Below are positions 10,258 to 21,271 of a DNA stretch of 64,000 nucleotides, piece by piece. Within the stretch, counting starts at the first letter, position 1. Each line of letters begins with the position of its first letter. The notes beneath the pieces were generated by a model. It saw only the letters and a program-made list of their open reading frames with translations, made no database searches and was not told the origin of the DNA. The translations under genes were made by a program, and so were the position numbers. The DNA comes from Williopsis jadinii. Its lineage: Eukaryota. Where the stretch lies: positions 1,550,001-1,614,000 of the forward strand of contig AP024666.1 of NCBI GenBank assembly GCA_024346625.1, given 5' to 3'.

Positions 10258-13149
10258 ATGTTCCAGTTGGACTCATCTACGCTACGGAAGGAGCTGGCAT
10301 CGCAGGAGGGGAGATTCAAAGGACAGGTTCTGGTATCAAACAATGGCGCGGATGGTTTCTACTCATCAATGTTGACAATAGACGACACAGGTTCTCTAGT
10401 ATCAAACGACACCACGAAGCTGGTGACCTCGTTGCACTCGTGTCAGTTACAGATCTTGGAGGATGCCTTTGTGGTGAAGACGTATAATGGCCTGATGACT
10501 ACGTTGATAAGGTGTCCCGACACAACGACGTTTGTTCAGCTGCTAGCAGCTCTGTTATTCTGGCAAAGTTTGAAGCCTAGAGGAGTTATAAACAAACGTC
10601 TTACCATACCATACAGCTTTGACAAGTCATTGAAGCCGGAGAATGTCCTCGTGGCTAGCTGTAAGTGTTTTGGTCCGTTATCTAAACATTCTGGGAAGAT
10701 CGATGTCAAACCAGGTCCTCAGGTTCCAATATTCCCCGGGCCTCATGAACAGTGGTTTAGTGCCATGGCTGTGTTGAAGAGTAACGGTGAATTGGAATTG
10801 ATTAATGAGAACGATGGTAAAACCTTGTATGTTTTGGACTTGACACTTCTGTTGAGAGATGAAGTCAGAGAGCTGCACAACTCGATATTTGAATCTTCGA
10901 ATTACCTCTACGTTGGTATCTTGGATGACCTGAGGAAGAGAATGGTTGGGCCATGTGAATATCAGTCTGAACAGGTCAAGACGATATTCAAAGATTCTGT
11001 GAGGGGCAGAAGAATCATAATGGAATTCCCCTTCAAAATTGACGTTGAGGATTGGCTTGTCGCGTTAAAGTCATTTACAACAAGACAAGCCGTTGGACTC
11101 TCGCAACAGCATACGTTACGTGTCTCTAGGAAACTCGAGTTCAATATTTTGGAAGTGGATTTGGAAAAGGAATGGAGAACTGGGGCAAAGCTATACTGTG
11201 AAGTACAAATGTGGGGAGCTCCATGGTTTAGAACTGCTATCGTTGACAGTGATACATGTGCCTTCTACAGAGAGGTTTTAGAATTGGACTTACCAATGCC
11301 CACCAGAAAGTTCCGTGTTGTGATGAAAGAGGCAAGTGCAAACCACTATCAACAATCAGACGTTGTCTTAGGGTCATCGTTGGTGGGGTTTGAGAAATAT
11401 GACGAGAACTTACAGAGAGTGCCATTAAGTGCACCAGATGGATCACTGATTGGACAAATGTGTTTCTCTGTGAAGGTATCAACTGATTATGTTCTACCAC
11501 CAGATAACTTCAACCATTTTGAGCAGATGATCTTGAACTGTGATTTAAAAGAACTTTTACTCTACATTAGATCGAAATCTTTGCAGGAAAACTTACAAAG
11601 CACCTCGGTATTACTGCTGGATATATTCCAATCATTGCAAAAAGAGGGTGAATTCTTTTCTACTCTGATCGACCAGGAGATTTCCAAAATCATGGGATCT
11701 ACTGATAAGAACATCTACAACACCCTCTTTAGAGGCAACTCACTGCTGACGAAATCAGTCGAAATGTTCAACTTAAGAGTGGGTCAAGAGTACTTGGAAA
11801 AAGTTGTTGGAAAGTTTATCATTTCAATACTGGCAATGAATGAATGTACAGAGATTGATCCAATGCGACTCAAATGTCCTGATGATGAAAAGGCTGCTAT
11901 CATTGATAAAAACTTCAAAGTCCTGCTGGGATATACAGAGCAGATTTGGTCCTTGATTTACACAACGTCAAATGACTTGCCAGCCACTATCAAACAGCAA
12001 ATGACACTGCTTCGGAAAAAAATTGAAATGTATACCTCTGATATTGACATTACACTCAACTGTATCACTGGTTTCATATTTTTGAGATTCTTTTGTCCTG
12101 TGATATTGAACCCAAAATTATTCTTCTTGACTTCAAATCACCAAACAGGTGATCCAAAGAGAACTTTGACTTTGATATCCAAGATCCTATTGACTTTCTC
12201 CAACAGAACGAAATTTGGTGCTAAGGAGCCATACCTGGCGAAATTCAATGAGGCATTCATTGATAAGCATAAAGCTGAACTCCTTGAGTATCTCGATAAA
12301 ACCACTGGTAAGAAGATGGATTTTACAGAGCGTAGGGTGAAACTATCATCTTCCTTAGAGAGGCCAGATATCATGTTTATCCCTAAGGACATCTTGAAGG
12401 AGCTTCCAACTGTGCCTTTCCTCATTGACAAGTACTTGAGAATTGCACAACTCTCAGATTTGTTGGCAAAGCACCCTCCTCGTGTTGAAATCGATGAATT
12501 TGGCTATTTCGAAAACAACACTAGTGGCAACGGCGTTGATAAAGTCAGCAATAGGAAGTCTCTGTACAAGATTGGCTCGCTAGAATTTGAGAAGCTGATG
12601 CCGAAGCACGACGAATGCGTTCCCAACGAAGACTTTGAGTTTGGCTCAGAAGAATTCATCAAGACTCTCTTAAAAACTTCGGACAGTGACCAGGTCTTCA
12701 ACTACATGAATGCCGGATCATCATTGAAAGATTTAGTTCGAGAATCTGACAGATTGTCAAACAAAAGGGCAAGACTATGCTCCAAACTTTCAGACTCCGA
12801 ATCGCCCAATGACATCAAAGACATGGCAAAGTACGCTGAGTATGTGCTCTCCACTGCCATTATCAACAGTTCTGGGAAGATCAAGAGAGCTTCGCCCGGT
12901 ATGACTGGCTTGAAGTACTTCAGGCAGGACGCTGCACTGAACCTGAAGCTCTCTTTCAAGAACCAAGACGCTTCTGAATCGCTATCGAACGATTCCAAGA
13001 CGAGCCGAGACACTGTCAACTCATCACCAAAGAAGAAAATATCCCGGTTGATCAAATCGGCTAGTATCAACACGCTATCTTCATTTTCAACCACCGAGGA
13101 GAAGAGAAAGTCAAGAACTTTTGGCAGCTGGTTCAAAAAGAGACTATAA
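10258..13149 (+). CDS. BUD2: Ras-GAP family protein with C2 domain (Rsr1/Bud1 GAP)
   Basis: RasGAP signatures NTLFRGNSLLTKS and GFIFLRFFCPVILNPKLF preceded by a C2-like region. Confidence 0.85.
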   Translation: MFQLDSSTLRKELASQEGRFKGQVLVSNNGADGFYSSMLTIDDTGSLVSNDTTKLVTSLHSCQLQILEDAFVVKTYNGLMTTLIRCPDTTTFVQLLAALLFWQSLKPRGVINKRLTIPYSFDKSLKPENVLVASCKCFGPLSKHSGKIDVKPGPQVPIFPGPHEQWFSAMAVLKSNGELELINENDGKTLYVLDLTLLLRDEVRELHNSIFESSNYLYVGILDDLRKRMVGPCEYQSEQVKTIFKDSVRGRRIIMEFPFKIDVEDWLVALKSFTTRQAVGLSQQHTLRVSRKLEFNILEVDLEKEWRTGAKLYCEVQMWGAPWFRTAIVDSDTCAFYREVLELDLPMPTRKFRVVMKEASANHYQQSDVVLGSSLVGFEKYDENLQRVPLSAPDGSLIGQMCFSVKVSTDYVLPPDNFNHFEQMILNCDLKELLLYIRSKSLQENLQSTSVLLLDIFQSLQKEGEFFSTLIDQEISKIMGSTDKNIYNTLFRGNSLLTKSVEMFNLRVGQEYLEKVVGKFIISILAMNECTEIDPMRLKCPDDEKAAIIDKNFKVLLGYTEQIWSLIYTTSNDLPATIKQQMTLLRKKIEMYTSDIDITLNCITGFIFLRFFCPVILNPKLFFLTSNHQTGDPKRTLTLISKILLTFSNRTKFGAKEPYLAKFNEAFIDKHKAELLEYLDKTTGKKMDFTERRVKLSSSLERPDIMFIPKDILKELPTVPFLIDKYLRIAQLSDLLAKHPPRVEIDEFGYFENNTSGNGVDKVSNRKSLYKIGSLEFEKLMPKHDECVPNEDFEFGSEEFIKTLLKTSDSDQVFNYMNAGSSLKDLVRESDRLSNKRARLCSKLSDSESPNDIKDMAKYAEYVLSTAIINSSGKIKRASPGMTGLKYFRQDAALNLKLSFKNQDASESLSNDSKTSRDTVNSSPKKKISRLIKSASINTLSSFSTTEEKRKSRTFGSWFKKRL

Positions 13150-13501
13150 GATACCCAAAAAGGGGGAAACTACTTGTATCACTATAATATAATAATAACT
13201 TCGTGCTATGGTTTCTGCCGTTGACGACGTAACATAAAAATATCAGTATAACCGTCAAAACGCCAAACTTAAATAAGGAAGAGTATAAATTGTTTGGTCT
13301 GTTCTATTCCTACAGTCGAGCTCTTCAATGGCACAGCATCAGAACAAACTTCTCATCCGTTTTAAAATTCCCCATCTGACCATCAAAGTGGGTTTGTTTT
13401 TTCGAAATGGATATTTTAGGCCATCTCGGGGCGCCTAACAAACCAACTCGCAAAGTTGGCAATGAGCAAGCCACCAGCCACAACACAACGGGCAGTGAAG
13501 T

Positions 13502-14041
13502 ATGGTCCACGAAGCTCACAAATCCACTGCAGGAGTTCATTTGGATGATACTGGGAACAGAGTTGTTGGTGGTTCGCAACGTTCAGATGGCTCTGTACGG
13601 CGTGTTGTGAAAGTACGACCCGGCTTTACGCCCTTGGAGGATACCAAGAGAGTCAACGTGCGTGAAATGAGAGGAGTATGGACCCAGGATGAACCAATCA
13701 GCTGTTCGAGGGATGTTAGCAAAGGCACCCGTGCTCCGAAAGCATTTGGCGGCCTTGAGAGCCTGCTTCGAGCTAACAAGGCTAGAAATGAGGCGAGTCA
13801 ATGCTCAAATAGAACCAGGGCTACAGTGGTGGAACATTCTGGTCCTGATGATCTTGGTGTCAGTGAAATCACCAAGGAGTTCGAAGGCATGGGCATTGAG
13901 AACAAATCTCTGGAGGATGAATCTGATAGGAAGATACTCTCTTCCGGAGGAAAAGAGGTTCAACCAAAGGGTCAAAGCACTGGTGGGAAGAGAGCCCCAT
14001 ATCGTCCACCAAGAGCTACAAAGGAGCAATTTAAACGTTGA
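13502..14041 (+). CDS. PYM/WIBG-like protein with N-terminal Mago-binding domain
   Basis: GNRVVGGSQRSDGSVRRVVKVRPGFTP matches the Mago-bind motif (SxRxDGxxRKxxxVRxGYxP). Confidence 0.8.
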   Translation: MVHEAHKSTAGVHLDDTGNRVVGGSQRSDGSVRRVVKVRPGFTPLEDTKRVNVREMRGVWTQDEPISCSRDVSKGTRAPKAFGGLESLLRANKARNEASQCSNRTRATVVEHSGPDDLGVSEITKEFEGMGIENKSLEDESDRKILSSGGKEVQPKGQSTGGKRAPYRPPRATKEQFKR

Positions 14042-14218
14042 AATAAGCTTAACATCTCACCCAAAATATCTTTCAATCTACTTTGAAATACAAAGTGTCA
14101 AACACCATTAAATGTTGTCGTTGTTGAACATGTTTTTGTATGTACAGGTACCATAGAATAACTCCTCTCTCGTGCATGTCTACTTTCTCCTCTCTATACG
14201 ATTTCAAACAATCTCCAT

Positions 14219-14577
14219 TCAGTTATTGGACTGTTGAATTCTAGAGATGTATGTCTTAGATACTGTGTTCCATGCTCTCATGTACTTCTCCAAACATTTC
14301 TCAACACAATACTGTACAGTAAGTTAGTAATCATTCTAAAAGTTCCCAGAGGTCTAGAGACACATACATCCTCGCCATTAGCAAATGGAGCCTTCTGGCA
14401 TTGTTCAAAGCAGTTCTCAGTCATCTTGTTCACCAACTCGGTGGCATTGGCAACTGCAAGCTCTTGGGCGATTTGTTGCTTGAGCTGCTCCTTTACATCG
14501 TTCGAGGTGTTGACAGCAGTAGCTGTAACTGGAGTAGAAGAGGATGAAGAACCACCGAAGAGACCACCGAAAGCCAT
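14219..14577 (-). CDS. TIM13: Small Tim chaperone, twin CX3C; exons 14577-14368 and 14311-14219
   Basis: [26 protein letters not shown]; a 56-nt intron GTATGT...TACTAAC...CAG joins to [26 protein letters not shown]. Confidence 0.93.
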
Positions 14578-14824
14578 CTTTGAAATAAATGAAGATGAAA
14601 ACTACAATCAAATCAGCACTTCGCAAGAACAAACTCTCCGATTCGTTGGAAAACTTCAACCCTCAGGCTCGATGGTGGTGTTTGGATGTGTGTGTTAACC
14701 AAAATATGTTGCCATAGCAATATCGTATCTACATACAAGTACGTATTGAATTTGATAGCAGTACATTTTCTTTCTTTGAATATTACAATGCCCTCCAGGC
14801 CTTATACAATACCCCACGTAGTCA

Positions 14825-16159
14825 TCACACGATCAATAATAGACCAATTGATAAGCACATTATGGTAGCCAATGTATTTAAACTGAAATTGGCTGCTTTG
14901 CCTATTGGTGAAGCACCTGCTGCAGCACCGTTACTCTGTTGAACTGTCAGTGTTGATGAAGTTCCGGTGCTCGATGAATCAGAGGATGTCAACGTTGACA
15001 CCTTTGGGGTGCTTGATTGTTCTTCCGCTGAGCTCGTCTTTGTAACTGTGGAGTCACTTTCTTGTTCTGATTCTTTTAAAGATCTACTTGAAAGCGTTGA
15101 TGAGCTGGTTGACGATGAAATGTGAGAACTGTGTCTTGAAAATGAGCTCGATACCCCAGCATCTGTCTGAGAGCTCTTTGAAGAAGAGGAAGAAGACGAT
15201 GGTTTTTGCGAGGAAGACGATGAAGATGAAGACGATGAAGACGATGAAGACGAAGATGATGAAGACGAAGATGATGAGGCCTTCGTGGACGATGATCCCT
15301 CTGAGAGTGATCCACCTTCAGACAGAATTGAAAACTGCTCAACGCCTTCTTCGTATCTGCCATTAACTTCACCATCAACGGCTTGGATTGAGGTCCATGA
15401 GCCTGACTCATCACGGTAGACGTACTCAGAGCCTGTCGAGTAGTCAGACACGATCACGCTCTTAACATACATTGAGTATGGACCTGCGCTGTAATCAATT
15501 TCACCACCGGCCCATTCGATCGTTCCAGCAGCATTAGATGGATCACCACCAGCCCAAATACCAGTTACAATGTACATTGGAGTCTGTGGATATCCCTGTG
15601 GATCATCGCTGTTGATCGTTCTGATTAGAGTCCCATCGACGTAGAAATTCAACTGGCTCTCTGTCCAGTCAATTGTGTAATTGTGGAACTCATCCTGTGG
15701 AGAACTCACTGCATGGAACTCACCTCTCGTATAGGTTGTGGTGTTGCCTTTTGAAAAGTAATTTGTTTGAACTTCAGTGGTATCGCTCCCGATCCACTCC
15801 AGATCAATCTCATCCAAATCATCACTCTGCAAGTAGAATGATGACACCACTCCTCTACCAGGAGCAGCTTTCAAGTTTGCCTCCACTCTTCCAAACATGA
15901 TGTAGAAGTTTGACTTCAATCCTGGATTATCGTATCTCTGCTGCAAGGTCATCTTGACACCTTGATCAGTGTACGATATTCTATCTGCATGAGAATATGC
16001 ATCAAAGTAGGACGACTCCTCTGTGAAGTCTATGAGAACCGTGGAGCCCAAGGCCGTGTCAGCAGGACACGTTTTCTCCAACGGATTACAACTTGTATAT
16101 GACTGCGCATATGCTCCAGTCAGAGCAAATAACGACAATAATGTTGGCTTCATTAGCAT
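14825..16159 (-). CDS. CRH1: GH16 chitin transglycosylase, GPI-anchored cell wall protein
   Basis: Signal peptide, CNPLEKTCPADTALG, catalytic DEIDLEWIG, Ser-rich stalk, hydrophobic C-terminal GPI signal. Confidence 0.92.
   Translation of the reverse strand: MLMKPTLLSLFALTGAYAQSYTSCNPLEKTCPADTALGSTVLIDFTEESSYFDAYSHADRISYTDQGVKMTLQQRYDNPGLKSNFYIMFGRVEANLKAAPGRGVVSSFYLQSDDLDEIDLEWIGSDTTEVQTNYFSKGNTTTYTRGEFHAVSSPQDEFHNYTIDWTESQLNFYVDGTLIRTINSDDPQGYPQTPMYIVTGIWAGGDPSNAAGTIEWAGGEIDYSAGPYSMYVKSVIVSDYSTGSEYVYRDESGSWTSIQAVDGEVNGRYEEGVEQFSILSEGGSLSEGSSSTKASSSSSSSSSSSSSSSSSSSSSSSQKPSSSSSSSKSSQTDAGVSSSFSRHSSHISSSTSSSTLSSRSLKESEQESDSTVTKTSSAEEQSSTPKVSTLTSSDSSSTGTSSTLTVQQSNGAAAGASPIGKAANFSLNTLATIMCLSIGLLLIV
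15210..15277. repeat. Imperfect (GAA/GAC/GAT)n tract encoding the Crh1 poly-Ser stalk
   Basis: Directly visible low-complexity trinucleotide repeat. Confidence 0.85.
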
Positions 16160-18527
16160 GGTGTGTGTAGTAGTCTGGTTCTCCTTGTTATATATGTCCC
16201 TCTCACACAATCGCTCTTTCTCTCTGGCTATTTCCTTCAGCGTGTACCCTGAGACACTTTCGCTCTAAAGTTGCACAGTCCTCTCAAATTTGTTTAACAC
16301 AAACGTCAGAGTCTTGACACAAAACTGACCTCGGGACAACGGTCTGTGCAAAGAAGGAATCACACCTGTATTTAAATCAAAAGCAATCAGCCCCTCTTTC
16401 GAAAGGAAAGTAAGATGGAAAGACTAATCCAAAAGCCAGGACCCCCAAATCAGCTGAAGAACAAAAATAAACACTCACATAGGCACTGGAACTGGTGCGC
16501 ATCGGGCTTGTTCTCTCATCAAATGCTATGGTGTGTACGCATGGTTTAACCGTTTGTCTTTTGTCCAAAGGCACAAGGCAGGCCTCGTCATGCACAGAGC
16601 TGCGTGTCGCGACAGAAGCTTTCTCAGCGAGATTGGACACGTCTGGAAAGAGAGAAAAACACACATTTGTCGCTGATGGTCTTGGTGAGTTGTTACAGTG
16701 ATTTTAGTTGAATCTGCCATGTTTATACACTATAGCAGGATGACTGGTAGAGAGATCTGCTGTGTGTTTCCCCCTTTTTTATTCTGGAAAAGGCTCTCTT
16801 TTGGGGGTCTTAAACTCCTCTTGATCCCGTTCAGATCTACGCTGAAAATTATGATTTCGAGTCGCGGCCTGGTGCTTTGCCTGTTTGAGCCCAACTGGCA
16901 ACAGCCAGCCTAGCAGCCCCAAAAATATAACAAGAGGCATCGCATGGACAAGCACCGTAGAATTTACTGTGAGTCCACGGGGCAAAGCAATGGGTGTTGC
17001 CTCTACGAAGGATGACGGTTTATGGTGTCATTGCACATTGCCATCGTCAAGGTTAAACAAAGAAAATGGTTCAAAAATAGAAACCACGTTACGTATAATG
17101 CAAACACGATAATTCTGTCATTCTTGCTGGACGGCGGAGGCTATGCGACACGACGCGTGCATCTGACCTTCCTACTGCGCCTCTTAGATTCTCTAAAGGG
17201 GACCGTTAACGGTTGGCGGTGCAAGGTCAAGAGCATGAACAGAAGGAGTTTATCTAAAGACTTTGGCTGGAGGCTCGAAGCGTATGATACAGGTAGATCT
17301 TGATTGTCTTTTGCGGCGATGGCCTTGCGCTGTTCATCTGTAGTTAACAGATAACGAATAGAGTGAGGTGGATGAAAACGGTTCTATCCTGTGCCTCTTG
17401 CGGCTTCATTCAATTGTGCAAATCCCTGGTATTTCTTTGAATAGTTGTATCCATGGGGAATAGACTATCGGTGTTTGATTGTGTAGTGCGAGTGGTAACA
17501 TAGGTGTAGATTATGCACGCATCTCGCTGGACCTGCAAAGGTTTTGCACGATTTCACCACGAATGTTGAAAAGATTTACTAAATGACCATTGGAGGTTAG
17601 TTGCTTAGAGATGTGGACCGGAATAAAGTGCATTAGAGCTTGGTTAAGATCTTTGGCCAGATAATACCGCAAAAATGACTGTTTTGTCACGGGTTTAGTG
17701 TGCAAATAAGCGGTTCGAGACATATCAGAAGTGCAGTAGCTCAACGGCTATGAATTACTTGAGGAACTAAAAGACATATAGTTGAAAAAGTAGTGTATTG
17801 CTATATAAAGTGGTATAAATTGGCCCAAGTCAGGCCCAAAGTGGATTTTTATTACAATATTTATCCATTTTATACACTACTTTTACAAAAATTAGACACC
17901 AAGATTCTTCAGTTTGCAAATTTGACATCACAGCATAACAATAAAATAAACACACCTTCACCGTTTCAATGCATTATTAAAGAACATGACGTTATATAAC
18001 ACGAGATATATGTATCCAATTGTTTTACAAATCAAATAACTCTCAATAGTCATGAAGACCAATTTAATTGATGTGACACCGCCGATTATATAATCCCGAT
18101 CGCATCTTTAAATAATTATCAGCACCACCAGCGTCAGCTGAAGTCAACGCAATTTATTCTGGCTTCATCCACTTAACAACATTGACACTATAGCCCATAA
18201 ATACTGGCCATCGTACGGTTACCAGAACGATCCTAACTAATCATCTGCTACAAATATTGCTCCCGATGTAGATGATGTTCATTATGCAGGCTTCAAAGGT
18301 GTTGATGAGGAGCTAAAGCAGTCGCAACATCAACGTGCGTCAATGATACGCACCAACGTATTTTGCGCCCTTCTTTGAGCAAGCATTCACCCCCAAGAAA
18401 GGTTCTCCCAACTGAAGAATGCCATTGCTGGCACTCTGAAGGGAACAACAGCATCCCTTAATATTGTTCATTTTATCAGCAGTCGTCAGTACGATCTCCA
18501 CAACGCTTAGTTCCAATGGCCTATAAG

Positions 18528-18543
18528 CACAAAAGACACAAAA
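18528..18543 (+). promoter_or_regulatory. Tandem middle-sporulation elements (Ndt80 MSE, CRCAAAW)
   Basis: CACAAAAGACACAAAA ~115-130 bp upstream of the SPO75-like ATG. Confidence 0.6.
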
Positions 18544-18657
18544 GTCGACACCGTGTTGTCCAGGTACAAAAGCACATGCTAATCGAAGTTGTAAAGATCA
18601 CCAGCCATTCTAAGTGAGCTATACATTGTTCGTTCATAGTTGGCTGACCACTAGACA

Positions 18658-21240
18658 ATGTCGCTCTTGAGCAGTGGATTTGACAACAGCACAGCACAGG
18701 AAATTGCATCTTCACAGTTTCTTCACTTGTTGGACTTTTTAAACACCTCAAGGGTGGGCTCTGCTCAAAAGGCCGCTGGCATATCGTTTCAGACGTTCTT
18801 CTCTTCATTGGTAGTATCTGGCTTATTCTGTGTCTTTCAAATCGTGGCGTTTAGTCTCTTGAGAACCAAGTTGAATAACATTTATCAACCCAACTGTTAT
18901 TACATACCAGACGATGAGAAGATTGAGCCATTGAACGAAGGATTATTCTCATGGGTACCATTCGTGATATGTGCTCCCTTGAAAGACTACTTCAGTCTCG
19001 GACTTGACTCGTACTTCTTCCTAAGATACCTCTCGTTTCTCGTGAAGTTGTTCCTAGGGTTGGCCATCTTGAATCTTCCTGTATTAATACCTGTCAACTA
19101 CGTTTCGGGCTACAACTACTACAAAGCCAATGAGATAATACAGTACACTAATGGCACATTTCCTAGAGTGGATGGCTTGGATTGCATTTCAATGTCAAAC
19201 ATTGCACCACTCTTCTCTTCAAGATTGAGCGTACATTTGACTATGGCAATGATCTCAATTGGATGGTTTCATTTGCTCTTGATCTTGGAGTTGAACCACT
19301 ATGTTAAACAGAAGAACACCTACTTGTCAGAGATTTCTAAATTCGCCCCATTATATCAACACCGTGACTACAACAATACAATAATGATTGACAATGTACC
19401 ACGTGGGTTGTTAGATAGAATGAAATTGGCAAAGCTATTCAACTCGCTCTGCGGTGCTAGGATCAAAAATGTTTGGTTTGTGTATGATTATGGTGAGATA
19501 CAAACGTTGTACCAAAAGGAGCAAAAGATTGCTGACAGATTGGAGTACTTACTCACTGCTCATATCACATCAAGATTCTTTGAGCAAGACAACTCAGTGT
19601 TGATCAACGACAACACTCAATACAAGACAAATTTCTGGAAGTTTGTCTGGTATAATTGGAAGTTTGTAAAGTTGGATTTCACCAATGGATGGTCCAGGCC
19701 AAGAATCAAGTTCTGTTCCATGATGACGAAGTTGAAGCTCACAGAGAATGATTATAAGATTAATCATAACTTGTTGGCCCAAACGAAGTTGCGATTGATT
19801 GCTAAAGAGAAGAGTCCCTTGACTGATCATAAGTATAACAAGGTGTTTATTCAATTCAAAGATCCATTCCACCTTGAGATCCTTAACCAGATTCAACTCT
19901 CTGGTACGATCAACGAGCTTGATAAAACCTTGATATACATCAATCCTAAGGACATGATTTGGGACAATCTCGCAGTTCAGAGTAACTTCTTGTGTTTTGC
20001 AAGGACATTGGTAGGGAATGTTCTCACGTTCTGTGTCATTATTGGATGGGTGATACCCGTGGCATTCATAGGTCTCATATCTCAAATGCCCTATATGACA
20101 GCATTGATTCCATTTCTCTCCTGGCTAAATTACCTTCCCACGTATGTCACAGATGTCATTTCAAATTTCGCTTCAGTAATACTCTTGATGTCTTTAGCAG
20201 AGTTGGTGCCTCATATACTTCGATGGATCAGCTTCATCAAATGCAAGAGAACAGGCGCAGAAGTTGAGCTTGACGTACAGAAGGTGATGTTCATATTTCT
20301 CTTCATTCACCTTTTCTTGATCGTTACAATTTCATCAGGGTTTACCGTCATTGTTGAAGGGTTAGTCAATAATCCAGTCTCAATTCCAAACATCCTTGCT
20401 ACGAATTTCCCCAAATGCTCCAATTTCTTCTTCTCTTATGTGATCATTCGAGGGTTATCGTACTTTGGGAACAATCTTCTTCAAGTGTATCAACTCTTTT
20501 GTAACGTCTTTGTTTACCCATACATTGATTTCACTCCTCGTCAAAAGTTCAACAGGATTTCATCACCACCACACTACAGATGGGGATCTGTATACCCAAC
20601 CTTTGCTGTTTTGGGATCAATTGGCTTGGTTTATTGTATTCTTTCGCCGTTGATTCTTGTATTTTGTATAGTTACATTCTTGTTGGTGCTCTTTTCATTC
20701 AAATATACATTGAGGTACCAATACAGCATGGAGAACGTGTCTGAAAACTATGGCCAACATTTCCCAACAGCACTTTTCCAATTGTACTCGGGGGTATACT
20801 TCATGGAGGTTTGTTTAATAGGTTTATTTGCACTTTCAAGAGATGAGAATGGCATGGCCAATTGCCTTTGTCTCTCACTATTGACATGCTTCTTGCTTGT
20901 TGCCACAGCTGCTGCTCATCACCAGATTAAACAAGTATATGGCCGACTATTGGCAAGGAATACACCTTTAAATATGAGCCGTGATGCGTCAACCTTTGAT
21001 GAACTTGAATCTCGCTCTTCTGAGTTGAACCTGCACATGTACAACGACACATTTTACCGACAATGCTTCCAACACAATCAAAGGGTCATATGGGTGCCCA
21101 AAGATTGTTATAATGTCAGTACTGATGAAGTTATTGGGCTCTGTCAACGAGGCGTGGAAACCTCCAATGCATCATGTGAATTGACTACCAATGGCGATAT
21201 TCTCGTGTTTAGCAATCCCCCAGATTACACCATCTTGTAA
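18658..21240 (+). CDS. SPO75: CSC1/OSCA/TMEM63-family membrane protein, Spo75-like
   Basis: GLDSYFFLRYL, NPKDMIWDNL and FPTALFQLYSGVYFMEVCLIGLF motifs; N-terminal GSAQKAAGISF resembles Spo75; convergent with MMM1 as in S. cerevisiae. Confidence 0.82.
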   Translation: MSLLSSGFDNSTAQEIASSQFLHLLDFLNTSRVGSAQKAAGISFQTFFSSLVVSGLFCVFQIVAFSLLRTKLNNIYQPNCYYIPDDEKIEPLNEGLFSWVPFVICAPLKDYFSLGLDSYFFLRYLSFLVKLFLGLAILNLPVLIPVNYVSGYNYYKANEIIQYTNGTFPRVDGLDCISMSNIAPLFSSRLSVHLTMAMISIGWFHLLLILELNHYVKQKNTYLSEISKFAPLYQHRDYNNTIMIDNVPRGLLDRMKLAKLFNSLCGARIKNVWFVYDYGEIQTLYQKEQKIADRLEYLLTAHITSRFFEQDNSVLINDNTQYKTNFWKFVWYNWKFVKLDFTNGWSRPRIKFCSMMTKLKLTENDYKINHNLLAQTKLRLIAKEKSPLTDHKYNKVFIQFKDPFHLEILNQIQLSGTINELDKTLIYINPKDMIWDNLAVQSNFLCFARTLVGNVLTFCVIIGWVIPVAFIGLISQMPYMTALIPFLSWLNYLPTYVTDVISNFASVILLMSLAELVPHILRWISFIKCKRTGAEVELDVQKVMFIFLFIHLFLIVTISSGFTVIVEGLVNNPVSIPNILATNFPKCSNFFFSYVIIRGLSYFGNNLLQVYQLFCNVFVYPYIDFTPRQKFNRISSPPHYRWGSVYPTFAVLGSIGLVYCILSPLILVFCIVTFLLVLFSFKYTLRYQYSMENVSENYGQHFPTALFQLYSGVYFMEVCLIGLFALSRDENGMANCLCLSLLTCFLLVATAAAHHQIKQVYGRLLARNTPLNMSRDASTFDELESRSSELNLHMYNDTFYRQCFQHNQRVIWVPKDCYNVSTDEVIGLCQRGVETSNASCELTTNGDILVFSNPPDYTIL

Positions 21241-21271
21241 CATCGAATGATCATGATCTCTCGTTTTATTC

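Noticed and set aside
17793..17999. AT-rich short ORF with ...QCII resembling a pheromone CAAX end
   Set aside because: No ATG, and the frame continues past CII without a stop
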